The position numbers and the translations under genes were made by a program. From contig NC_068994.1 in assembly GCF_001194135.2 (NCBI RefSeq), positions 29,938,876 to 29,984,156 of the forward strand: a stretch of DNA of 45,281 bases, in the 5' to 3' direction. The notes under the pieces are model-generated. The model searched no databases. It was not told the DNA's origin and saw only the letters and a program-made list of their open reading frames with translations. Shown here in pieces: positions 1-10,745 of this stretch. Source of the stretch: Octopus bimaculoides (Eukaryota). Every line of letters starts with the position of its first letter. Positions within the stretch are counted from its first letter, which is position 1.

Positions 1-227
1 CGATGTTGGGGGGACAAACACAGATACACAACATATACACACATACATATATATATATACATATATACGACGGGCTTCTTTCAGTTTCCATCTACCAAAT
101 CCACTCACAAGGCTTTGGTCGGCCCGAGGCTATAGTAGAAGACACTTGCCCAAGGTGCCACGCAGTGGGACTGAACCCGGAACCATGTGGTTCGTAAGCA
201 AGCTACTTACCACACAGCCACTCCTAC
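1..227 (-). mobile_element. tRNA-head SINE, family A (5' part; runs off window start)
   Basis: Reverse complement of 858-1079; I count 6 mismatches over the first ~165 nt. Same internal (TA/TG) microsatellite. Confidence 0.85.
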
Positions 228-854
228 AGCTGAATTATTCAAATTTTATCAGAAAAATAAATAAAAGTGGTTAGATATTCACCACGAACTTCTCCATTGA
301 TTAAAAATTTTAGTAATTCAAAAACTTTCCATTGTATGGTCATCCAGATTTCACAGACAGGGAGAGGAAAACTATTTGGGATATTTTGGTGTTTTATTAA
401 AATTGATAATTTCAATAAAATTATCATGAAAGAACATCTCAGTAATAACATAAAAAATAGAATCCTGGAAGAATAAATGAATTATCTCTTCTAGTTTAGA
501 ATGATGAACATATTAAGCTGATGGCTTCCACTTTTAGTCAAAAATTGCCACATAGCATTAATGACACCAAATATTTTGGTTTCATGTTTAATTCTACTCC
601 AGATTCAGCACTTTGAGAGCTAATCATAGAAACAGTTAACAGTTTGATATATTGATTTTAAAGAGAAAACAATACATATGTATGTATGCATGTACGTACG
701 TACATATGTATGCATGTATGTATGCATATCATATTTAAAGCAGATATACTGTTGAAGGCCTGAAAGCTGCAGTATCTGTCTCAATTTCTTTTGCAGACAT
801 TTACTGTAATTTTCAAACTCTGCTTTAAATATGATATAAAAATTGCTATACATA

Positions 855-1019
855 GGCGTAGGAGTGGCTGTGTGGTAAGTAGCTTGCTCACCAACCACAT
901 GGTTCCGGGTTCAGTCCCACTGTGTGGCACTTTGGGTAAGTGTCTTCTACTATAGCCTCGGGCCGACCAAAGCCTTGTGAGTGGATTTGGTAGACGGAAA
1001 CTGAAAGAAGCCCGTCGTA

Positions 1020-1056
<37 letters not shown>

Positions 1057-1250
1057 TTGTGTTTGTCCCCCCAACATCACTTGACAACCGATGCTGGTGT
1101 GTTTACGTCCCCGTAACTTAGCGGTTCGGCAAAAGAGACCGATAGAATAAGTAGTAGGCTTCCAAAGAATAAGTCCTGGGGTCGATTTGCTCGACTAAAG
1201 GCGGTGCTCCAGCATGGCCGCAGTCAAAAAGACTGAAACAAGTAAAAGAG
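855..1250 (+). mobile_element. tRNA-head SINE, family A, near full length and young
   Basis: A-box-like TGGCTGTGTGG and B-box-like GGTTCAGTCCC, internal (TA)n(TG)n, 3' end GACTGAAACAAGTAAAAGAG. About 10 further copies or fragments in the window. CpGs retained. Confidence 0.85.
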
Positions 1251-1270
1251 TATACTGTTTGCCTCACTGA

Positions 1271-1272
<2 letters not shown>

Positions 1273-1314
<42 letters not shown>

Positions 1315-1332
1315 ATGCATATGTGTGTGTGT
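1273..1332. repeat. (TG)n microsatellite
   Basis: Seen directly. Confidence 0.95.
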
Positions 1333-2539
1333 GTTCTTAGATTTACCATGTTAAAATGAAAAGATACTGCAAATATTGTGGAAGTAATTTGGAAAAAATC
1401 TGTAAATGACTAAATGTTAAAAATCTACCAGTCTATAGCACTACTGCAGTTATGGTTGGTTTATACAAGTGATATTCAACAGAAATGAATATGAAAGATG
1501 CACAGTTATTTTTGTAAAGTACTATAGCACTTCCCTCAATATGGTTGGAATGTGTGCTGTCGATTTGCTCAGTCTTTTCTGGCTCAATTCACTGTTGACA
1601 GAATCAGAAAATGTTGTTTTAATCTTATCTGAAACTTAATACACAACATGCTTGGAGATTAAATTCAAACTGCTGATGCAAGAGGTGATGAAAGGCAAGT
1701 GCTACTTAAAATTTTAACTTCTAAATATTTTGGTTTTGTTTGGGTTTTGGAACAAAATTCATATTCAAATTGACCAGGTTCAGAAACATGAACTTTCATA
1801 ATGTTGAATGCAATTTAAAAACGTTTGAATATTATTTTTTCAGCAGTCAAGAATCATTGACCAGCAAATCACTTGAAGTTGGGTTGAAACTATATGATAA
1901 ATAGTATATTCAAGTGGAAAGATGCTCCCAGAAAGAAACAAATGCCAAGTGAAAAAAGGAAAAAAAAAAACTCCAAGGATTTATGCAACAGAAGAAATGG
2001 GAATAATGAAATGAAAGAGACTTGGATTCAAAAATTGGATTTCTTTAAAATGCTAGAAGGGTATCGTTTGACTCAAATGAAAGCAACGGCATTGACAATA
2101 CAAATATCTCAGAAAAAAGTTACATGAATCTCAGAGAGTTTTATATCTTTAATGAAGATGGATTTATGCTCAACAAAGAAATCTTTGATAGTTCTAAAGA
2201 AAAGTCATTGAGATTTCATATTTCTAAAACTGGGGAACTTTTCATGTTTGTTGTTTAATATTAGATGAAAATACTTCCCAAAATTTTAAAGTTACTACTC
2301 ATATAGCATTTGACAGCCATTAGAGATCTTTGAAAAACCCGAAATAGATCTTATGGTATTTTCATGCCAGTCTTAAGGCTTATGGCAACCTGGGTAAGCT
2401 GAATTTTGGTCTCATAACATGTATAACTTAAGAAATTTTTGACCACAAGTAAAAATTGTGAATGTAGAAATAAAGTGTCTATCATGCATGCAGGTACCTG
2501 CCAATTGTATGAAAAGGCTTTGAGTTCAGGTCAATCGCA

Positions 2540-3520
2540 TACTATTGAGGGCAACATTTCTACTGTAGTGTGTGTGCTGGCCTCAAGCAACACAGTGCTT
2601 GAACCCACACCAGGTGTTCTGGCTGCTCTCCATTTCAAGCATCCAGACCCTCTGGTAGATATTAAGGATTTCTAAATCCTTGACTATGACACAGTTTTGG
2701 CCACATCCAATGATAATCTAGCTACTGCATTGAGATCCTTCCCTGAGAGCAGTAGTGGTGGAGTAGATAGTTTGTGACCCATCCACCTCAGAGGTTTAAT
2801 CTCACCACACACTGCTGAGATAGTGCTTGCACTAATCCATCACTACTCTAACAGACAGTCTTCTTTGAGCAGACCACCCCCACCATGCCCAAGATCTTCT
2901 GTTCTCAGCCAAGCTGACTGCACTGAAGAAGTACAAAGGCATCCATCTGATAGTCATGGACAATGTCTTTTGATGACTTGTGGCCAGGATAGCATATAGA
3001 TCAGTCAGGGATGACTTGAGTGAAATACTATGCCCTGTCCAGCTGGGGGTGGGAGTTATGTGGATGTGAGGTTGCTGCCCATGTAGCCAGAGATTACATA
3101 AGCGTATGCTTCCCTCCTGCTGAAGCTGAATATAAAAAATGCCTTCAGCAGCATTAGGTGAGATCACATTATGGAGATGTGTATAAGACATACTCCCTCA
3201 GTACACTCACTTGCATACCTCTCCTAGGGATCACCCAGAACACTCATGGCTGCTGACAACAGAAGTGCTTCTTCCACAGGTGTCCAGCAGGTTAACCCTC
3301 TTCGTTCATTCCTTTTTGCATTGGCTGTATGTTACCCAATCAGTCCACTTGCCCTTCAGTGTCTGACACCTGGATAATGCAACACTGGGTGACTCAGCGG
3401 AGTCTGTAGTTGGGGACCTTCAGCAGGTTATCCCAGCCCTAAAGCTTCTTGGGCTTGAGATCAACCCATCCAATTTGAAAGTGGTAAACATAAGCTGTGG
3501 TGAAGCTGAATTCCAAATAA
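2540..3520 (+). mobile_element. Fossil non-LTR retrotransposon RT, CRE-clade-like (RLE type)
   Basis: Across frameshifts: IEGNISTVVCVLASSNTVLEPTPGVLAALHFKHP; LRSFPESSSGGVDSL*PIHL (2730-2789); LFSAKLTALKK; PVQLGVG (3034-); GCEVAAHVAR; KLNIKNAFSSI (3123-); GVQQVNPL (3279-); HLDNATLG (3367-, decayed YLDD); GLEINPS (3451-). Confidence 0.75.
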
Positions 3521-3851
3521 GTTAAGGACATGTCAGATAATGTAGACCTACATAGCCTTGAAAGACAGAATATGTATGACTGGTGTGCCTTTGTGTGTGT
3601 TGGGCACTTGGGTTGACTGGGAATTTCATAACAATCTGATTTTTAGAATAATCAATAAATGAACACAAATGATCAGTGATCATATCCTTTATTAACTTGA
3701 ACACAACTGCCAACCACCACGAAAAAACCTGCAAGAAATAGCAGCCAAATCTCACACAAGTCGCACACTACCATCTTTCATGTATTTTGTGTTTTTTAAT
3801 AAAAGACACACTCGATATTGTAGTCCCATATATATATTAGAATACTATATA

Positions 3852-3962
3852 NNNNNNNNNNNNNNNNNNNNNNNNNNNNNNNNNNNNNNNNNNNNNNNNN
3901 NNNNNNNNNNNNNNNNNNNNNNNNNNNNNNNNNNNNNNNNNNNNNNNNNNNNNNNNNNNNNN
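3852..3962. other. Assembly gap (111 N)
   Basis: N run. Confidence 1.
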
Positions 3963-4045
3963 AAAGCTGCAAAGACATCACAAAAACTGTTACTCAGAGT
4001 AACTGATACTCTGAGTAACAGTTTTTGTGATGTCTTCGCAGCTTT
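3963..4045. repeat. Near-perfect inverted repeat: 39-bp stem, 1 mismatch, 5-nt loop
   Basis: AAAGCTGCAAAGACATCACAAAAACTGTTACTCAGAGTA-actga-TACTCTGAGTAACAGTTTTTGTGATGTCTTCGCAGCTTT; only 3971/4037 is unpaired. Confidence 0.95.
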
Positions 4046-4125
4046 ATTAATAAAGCATATTACTCTACCTCTGGTATTCGAGTACTATTTTTTCCACCTT
4101 GTTTCACATTTATGTGCTTACTCTG

Positions 4126-4167
<42 letters not shown>

Positions 4168-4228
4168 CAAAAGATAGGATAGTCGAGATTGGAACTGCAC
4201 ATTCAAATGACCTGGGACTAAATAACTG

Positions 4229-4435
4229 TTTCTAAAATAGGCACAAGGCCAGAAATTAGGCAGGAGAGAGTGAGTGGATAAAATCGACCCAATACTTGAT
4301 TGGCAATTTACTTTATCGACTCCAAGAGGACTTCAGGCAATGTTGACCTCAAGAGATTTGAACTTAGAATGTAAAGAGTTGGAAGAAATACAAGGCAATT
4401 TGTCTGACTACCGATTTTGCCAATCCACTGCCTTT
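4229..4435 (-). mobile_element. SINE family B, diverged copy
   Basis: Reverse complement matches the family B layout (GTTCAAAT..GAGGTCAAC..GTCGATAAA..GGCCTTGTGCC). Confidence 0.7.
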
Positions 4436-4443
4436 TTAGAGCT

Positions 4444-4862
4444 ACGACAATAACAATAAAATGTTATTCATTGAAACAGTGGCACCACCACAACACCGAC
4501 TAATGCCAACATGTCTATCACCACCATCACCACCACCACCACCGACTAAAACAAGCGCTGCTACCACCACCACCACCACCACTACCACTATCATCATCAT
4601 CATCACTATACAACTACAGCAATAACAGCAAAAATGTCATTCATCGAAACGACAAGTGCCACCGCATTTATCAACACCGAACTAATACCACAACTGCCAT
4701 CGCTAACACCATCACCACCATCATTATTACACGACCACAATGATAACAAAAATGTCATCGTTCAATGAAACGGCAACATGCCACCGCCACCCCGTCTTAA
4801 CACCACAACGATCATTGCCATCGCTATTTGCACCACAACCACCACCATCAATACTACCATCT
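4444..4862. repeat. Degenerate 3-unit minisatellite embedded in (ACC/ATC/AAC)n
   Basis: Motif CAAT..AAAATGT(T/C)AT..TGAAAC..GCCACC recurs at about 4448, 4620 and 4738. Confidence 0.6.
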
Positions 4863-5009
4863 TATAATCCACCCCGTCGGGTAGTGAAGAGATGACCCAC
4901 AACGTTGATTGCCAAATGTTTGAAAAGTACGAATGGGATGGATTACGTCCCCCTTTTTTCCTTAGTTGCTCTACTCTCTCCTTCTATCGAGTGTTCCTTC
5001 AACTACCAT

Positions 5010-5290
5010 ATACCTGTGTATGTGTGTATGTCTGTGATTATGCATGTATGTATGTGTGCATGTGTCAGTGCGCGCTCGCGTATATGCGTGTGCGCGCGCT
5101 CCTTTGCCAATGGAATATATAGTTGCCTTGTTCGCCTAGCTCCCTGGACGTATTGTAGCAGATCCGAAGGGCGGATACCATAACTGTCTTTATCTCAGCC
5201 TCCAGTTTCCTCTTGTTCTTCTTTTTATTCTTCCTGTTTCCTTTTTTTCTTCTTATTTCTTTTCTTTCTTTTTTATACATCTTCCTTTAA
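5010..5290 (+). promoter_or_regulatory. Candidate CpG-rich promoter region (possibly for the ZF gene)
   Basis: GCGCGCTCGCG..TGCGCGCGC (5070-5099), CCAAT 5107-5111, GGGCGG 5169-5174, pyrimidine tract 5200-5290. No transcript evidence available. Confidence 0.3.
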
Positions 5291-5584
5291 TTTAACTGAA
5301 CCACCCGTTGTTAAAAGATACCCCGAATACTATCTCACACACACACAGCCAACCACCCCTGCTTCCTCGAGCACCAACGTCCCCACCATCATCAATTTCG
5401 TTGCTCCTTCCGCTGCCGTCGCCGCCTCTAAACAAACTCCTAACGAAAACGATTACAACAATCACGATCCCAACTGCCACCACCACAACAACAACAATAA
5501 GGAGATGCTGAATATGGAAGAATCATTTTTATTGTTGATAGCAAAGAATTACAACGGCATTTGATATGGAGCAAGGTTGGATTT

Positions 5585-5586
<2 letters not shown>

Positions 5587-5618
<32 letters not shown>

Positions 5619-5707
5619 GTCTGTCTGTCTGTCTGTCTATCTATATATCTATCTATCTTATCCCTACATTTTACATATACTGGATAATGTTCATAAGCAC
5701 ATACACA

Positions 5708-5740
<33 letters not shown>
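5587..5740. repeat. Compound (TATC)n(TGTC)n and (TG)n microsatellites
   Basis: Seen directly. Confidence 0.95.
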
Positions 5741-5743
<3 letters not shown>

Positions 5744-7182
5744 AAGTACATATCGCACCAATATATTTTTAACCGTGTTTAGAGACAGATACCTGCATTG
5801 TGTATGCATAAACGGGTTTCTCTTGACATCCCGATTCAGTCATTCTTGTCCATACAATGTATGTGCGTGTATGTATATGTATGTATGTGTTTATGGTGCC
5901 TAGCAGTGTTCCTAGTTTGTATATAGACCTATACGCAAGAAACGCACACACTCACACACGCACAAACACAGGTGCGTATCTCAATGCAGATGGATCTCGA
6001 TCTGTCATGCTCTTCTCCTACCTCTCTCGCTCCTTTCTCTCTCTCTCTCTATATATATATATTCCCCTCTCTATTTAATCACATACACACATTAACACGT
6101 TTATGTACATGCAGATTTTGTTATTTTTGTTTACTTCAGTCCGACGTAATGCAAGGTATCGTTGTTATAGCTGTTTAGCCCCAGGACAACTCGTAACGAA
6201 CAGACCCATCAGTATTATATGACTTGCACATCTTACAGTTAGGAATTAAATAAATGTCTTTTATTTTCTTTCAATTGTCCTTTATCTAAGACTATACCAT
6301 CCAATGTAATAATATTCGCTACCGTTTTCGAGTCAGTAACGTGTGGTTTAAATTGAACTTCAATATTTCAAATAGTTCGTATAACCACGTAGGGGTTTCC
6401 TCGTTATACGTTTCTATGTATGTATGTATGCATGTATGTATGCATATATGCATGCATGTATGCATGGACTTATAAAAGCTTGGCTGAATGAATGAATAAA
6501 AGCTATTTAAAAAGTACGTACATAAGAGTGCGAGTCATATAGTAAAATGAATACTTCTATACTTCAGGGTAAGTACAGGGTATCTGACTTATGTCTTTGT
6601 ATTTTGTCATTCATCCCACAGATAGGTTATATAAATATATTCACATACACACACATACGCACACGTGTATAAAACGCATGTGTGTGTGTGTGGATTCGAG
6701 TGTCATACAAGACGAACGGGTGGATGTATTGGAACTAAACTAGAATGTTACACCGAGAAGGTGGCTGTTACGAACAAATGCGGGTAGGTTGTTGGATGCT
6801 GGTGTCGCAATCATACGCACTAACCTAATCATATATTTACCCATATACATCCATGTGTGTAGGTGGGTGTGTACATATATATATATATATATAGATATAT
6901 ATATATATATATATACATACATACATATATACATACATACATACATACATACTTATTTACCCGTCTACACAAATATATATATATATGTATATAATTAAGA
7001 CTGAAGTGGGGTGTGTATTTATATACATATATAAATAAATACATATGTATGTATGAAAGTTTCGATCTGCTTTTTATAAATTTATGTCGTTTAGCATTGT
7101 ATATCCTGGTGTTTTCATTCATGCATATTTCATGCATACATACATGTGTGTAAATGTATGTGTGTGTATGTATGTATGTATG

Positions 7183-7222
<40 letters not shown>

Positions 7223-7553
7223 CGCGCGTATGTACTATACATACAAATTATACATATTTACTAAACGAAAACGCAATAAATCCAAGGTAAAGAATAATCA
7301 CACCAACTGTTCGCATACATGTATATTCCTTCACATGTCTTGTACGTGTGTATGCGTATGTTGTGTGTGTATTTGTGCATACAGCATAACACACATGGTT
7401 GTGTATAAATTGAACGCTGATAGAATGTGGTATCGTCCCTATTTTACTACTCAGAGTCCCAACGAACTGCAACTAATTATATACGCTGTTTTAATAATGG
7501 AAAGTTGGATGACTGAAGAATTCATCAAGCCATCACTTTTCCCCGCTTTCTAC

Positions 7554-7585
<32 letters not shown>

Positions 7586-7849
7586 GTGTATCTATCTGCC
7601 TACATGTCTGTCTGTATATCTATCTAAATAATGTATGATAGATGAAAAGGGTGGGCGGACAAACGAATGGAAGTGTGAATGCATAGTTGGATTGCTAAGA
7701 AGAACGAGGTGGATAGATCGCTAGGTGGATGGATTGGCAGGGATATGTAGTTTTTCTTTTCCATTAAGGCGGGTGGATTGATGAAATCGTTAAACCATTG
7801 GACAAAAAAATCCTTGTAGCATTTATTTGCAGTCTTTTTCTGCATTTTT

Positions 7850-7915
7850 ATCCCGCCGAGGTCAACTTTACCTTTCATCCTACGGGGTCGATAAAAATAA
7901 AGTATCATTACCATC
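7850..7915 (+). mobile_element. SINE family B fragment, CpGs retained
   Basis: CCCGCCGAGGTCAACTTTACCTTTCATCCTACGGGGTCGATAAAAATAAAGTA. Confidence 0.75.
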
Positions 7916-8179
7916 GTTAATTTTATAATATTCTTATAAAGCATCCTAATATAAGAAATCATTTGTCATTTGAGCATGGTACTTTGTTATTGCATTGTAA
8001 CCTATGCAGGTATTTAGGCCACATATTCTGGAACAAGTTTGTATTTTAAGATACCAGTACTTAACTTCGGAAAGATAAAAATATAATCAACCCTAGTGAA
8101 ATTTGAGTTAACATAAAGAGATGTAACTAAATGTTTCACACAGACGAACTCAAACTGGAAGAGGAGACGGGTATAATAG

Positions 8180-8335
8180 ATTATATCGGCTTCATTATTT
8201 GACTGGTACCTTGTTTTATCGACTCTGGGAGAATGTAATACAAAGTTGACCTCGAAAGGATTTGAACAGAGAACGTAAATGGCTGTATTTAAATACTACG
8301 AATTATTTTGTCCGATTCTACCAATCCTTTGCTAT
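8180..8335 (-). mobile_element. SINE family B fragment, diverged but CpGs retained
   Basis: GGTACCTTGTTTTATCGACTC..AAAGTTGACCTCG..TTTGAACAGAGAACGTAAA is the reverse complement of the family B core. Confidence 0.65.
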
Positions 8336-9226
8336 CATATAATAGTGAAGATCATTGCAAGAGAACTACGTGAACCAAAAACATCTCGATGTTCATGGGT
8401 TTATAGACAAGGAAATCCAGACCTCCTTGAACTATGGACTCGATTTGTAGTGTCGGCTACTATAAATAAATCTGACCAAATCTTTTCCCGTATTGTTCTT
8501 GGTTATCCGTCGTTGTTGTCTTCGGCTTCCTTACTTCCGAAGTTTGCTATATCGAAGTTTCAGTTGACTAGAAAGTCCAATTTTTGCATGAAACACGACC
8601 ACACAAGTTGTACTTGGTTATCTATAAAAAAAACCAAGTTGACATTTTTTTTATGAAGTCACACTGGCACCTAATAAAACTGGAAATGATGGTGAATTTG
8701 AAAGTTTGGTAAAGAGACTATGAGGACATTGAGTGATCGATCATATTAGGATTTTGGAAGAGGGGAAAGGTTAAGAGGAGCCTCTACTCCACAGGGAAAT
8801 TGCTACAAAAATTTCCTTGACTCTTACGCTAGCGTGTTAAAGACGATATCTTATTCTGTATAATGATGTAGTATTAGATATATGTTGCCTGAAAACGAAT
8901 GGAACGCTTTTGATGATATATTAGCTCAATCCGGGTCAAATAAATAATAATGGATTTCTTACAAAATTTGTGGTGGAGAGGAGTAAATTGATATAGCTTT
9001 GGTATATATTTTAATGAATGAATGATAGGCACAATGTCACTCGGCTAAAAAGACAGACGCTCAACCCAATTTGCAAAGACACAAGACTAAACCTCGAACC
9101 ATCTGGATAATTTTTCTATATGGTTGCTCAACCTGCTACAAATAGCAGTCAAATCTCCATCAAATTACATCCTGCTGTCTTTATTTGTTTATTTATTTCT
9201 TTCTCTCTCTCTCTCTCTCTCTCTCT

Positions 9227-9393
9227 NNNNNNNNNNNNNNNNNNNNNNNNNNNNNNNNNNNNNNNNNNNNNNNNNNNNNNNNNNNNNNNNNNNNNNNNNN
9301 NNNNNNNNNNNNNNNNNNNNNNNNNNNNNNNNNNNNNNNNNNNNNNNNNNNNNNNNNNNNNNNNNNNNNNNNNNNNNNNNNNNNNNNNNNNNN
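9227..9393. other. Assembly gap (167 N)
   Basis: N run. Confidence 1.
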
Positions 9394-9470
9394 TAGTTAA
9401 TAACTCTCTCTCTAATGCTTGTAACTGTTGCTATAACAGTTATAAGCATTAGAGAGAGAGTTATTAACTA
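9394..9470. repeat. Near-perfect inverted repeat: 36-bp stem (one G-T), 5-nt loop
   Basis: TAGTTAATAACTCTCTCTCTAATGCTTGTAACTGTT-gctat-AACAGTTATAAGCATTAGAGAGAGAGTTATTAACTA. Confidence 0.95.
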
Positions 9471-9629
9471 GACTACCCTTGACCCGTTGGGTCACCGGGG
9501 AACTGAGTTTCCCAGCAATGGAGTTTTGCTTCGTGGGGTTTTTTTTCTTTCTTTTCCAGGTTATTTCGCATGCTTTCAACGAATGTGACATCGAAATCAC
9601 GTGTAAACGGCTCCTTTCCTCAGAAAAGG

Positions 9630-9748
9630 AAAGATTTGGCTGCTATTTCTTGCACGGCCTGTTACCACGTAACAGCTATTTCGAGTCCTTTATTGCAAAT
9701 AGCTGTTATAAGGTAGCAGGGCGTGCTAGAAATAGCAGCCAAATCTTT
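9630..9748. repeat. Long foldback: about 52-bp in-register stem, about 14-nt loop
   Basis: AAAGATTTGGCTGCTATTTCTTGCACGGCCTGTTACC pairs with GGTAGCAGGGCGTGCTAGAAATAGCAGCCAAATCTTT; the inner TAACAGCTATTT/AAATAGCTGTTA is perfect. Confidence 0.9.
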
Positions 9749-10578
9749 GGAGGTGAGATACATTGAATGCACTCGAAAAAACCATTTCACACTGAGGTTA
9801 CGAACTGTCTTTTACGAAATATTTACCGTCTTTTTAAAGTCATTTTCACTTTAGAACATTTTTTTAATATGCCAAAAAAAAAATTTGTAACGGTATCCTC
9901 TTAAAAATTTTTAAAAACATTGAAATATTGTCTGTTTAAAGAAAACTAAAATATAAATACTCACTGTACAAACAACTTACATTTTTGAAATCACATTCAC
10001 TTAAAATATTTCTAAATGATTAAAATATTGTGTTTAACAAAAGCAAAAATAGAAACATTTACTGTAAAAAAAAAATTGTATTTTTTCGTTATCAACTCAT
10101 TGTCTAATAGAATGATAAAAGTTTCTACCCTTTCAAGATGAAGATTGTTTTCGGAACATTTCCCCATTATGCACCGTTTTGGGTATTTGTACCCCGAAAA
10201 TCTCTAGTATCTCGAAAATCACTTTACCGATTTACGCGAAGCTTGTTTCATTCTGTTCGTATTAACATTTCAGGGTAAACTTAATTCTTAGTATTTTCCC
10301 ATTATGCCCCAGTTTGGCTGAGTAACATTGGAATCAATCAATATTCAAACTGACTTTTAATGCATTATAGATAGATTATTGATTAAATCTGATCAGTATT
10401 TCACAAGTGTTTATTTGATCAAGCAAATCACCACCTGCCAGGTGAGATTAACAGCTCAGAACGGAATTGGCTACTATAACTTAGATACTGGAGGACATTT
10501 AGTCCGGTACTCTACTGATTGCTTTCTGCAATATATATATTGTAGGAGCAAAGCAGGTATAGTCGAGTTAATTAACCC

Positions 10579-10745
10579 NNNNNNNNNNNNNNNNNNNNNN
10601 NNNNNNNNNNNNNNNNNNNNNNNNNNNNNNNNNNNNNNNNNNNNNNNNNNNNNNNNNNNNNNNNNNNNNNNNNNNNNNNNNNNNNNNNNNNNNNNNNNNN
10701 NNNNNNNNNNNNNNNNNNNNNNNNNNNNNNNNNNNNNNNNNNNNN
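10579..10745. other. Assembly gap (167 N), apparently inside a minus-strand family B SINE
   Basis: N run; both flanks carry minus-strand family B motifs. Confidence 0.9.

Larger units (their letters stand above)
300..2400 (+). mobile_element. Fossil hAT-superfamily (Tip100/ZMYM1-like) transposase, frameshifted, interrupted by a SINE and microsatellites
   Basis: Manual translation gives hAT motifs in the correct order: LLKLI..MKEHL (394-440), KYFGFMFNSTPDS (569-607; cf. KYFxIMxDSTPD), TAVMVG (cf. YDNAAVMAG), VIFVKYYSTSLNMVG (1505-1549; cf. FVNCxNHSLNLVG), WNKIHIQIDQVQK (1748-), MNFH (1788-), *RSLKNPK*ILWYFHAS (2321-2371; cf. ERSFSKLKLILSYLRAS). Many stops. Confidence 0.75.

Noticed and set aside
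1500-1700. piggyBac transposase relic (VD..RIRK..HAWRL resemblance)
   Set aside because: The resemblance needs mixed frames; the same bases fit the hAT motif series colinearly with both flanks.
5292-5511. Pro/Thr-rich ORF (67 aa) and its antisense ORF
   Set aside because: Low-complexity (ACA/CCA) sequence with no domain or clear splice context; more likely UTR or intron.
5561-7631. ORFs rich in YI, CV, HT and LS dipeptides (also at 21194-21643, 24577-24909, 26649-27049, 36908-37093)
   Set aside because: Translations of (TA)n, (TG)n, (CA)n and (CT)n microsatellites, which lack stops in some frames.
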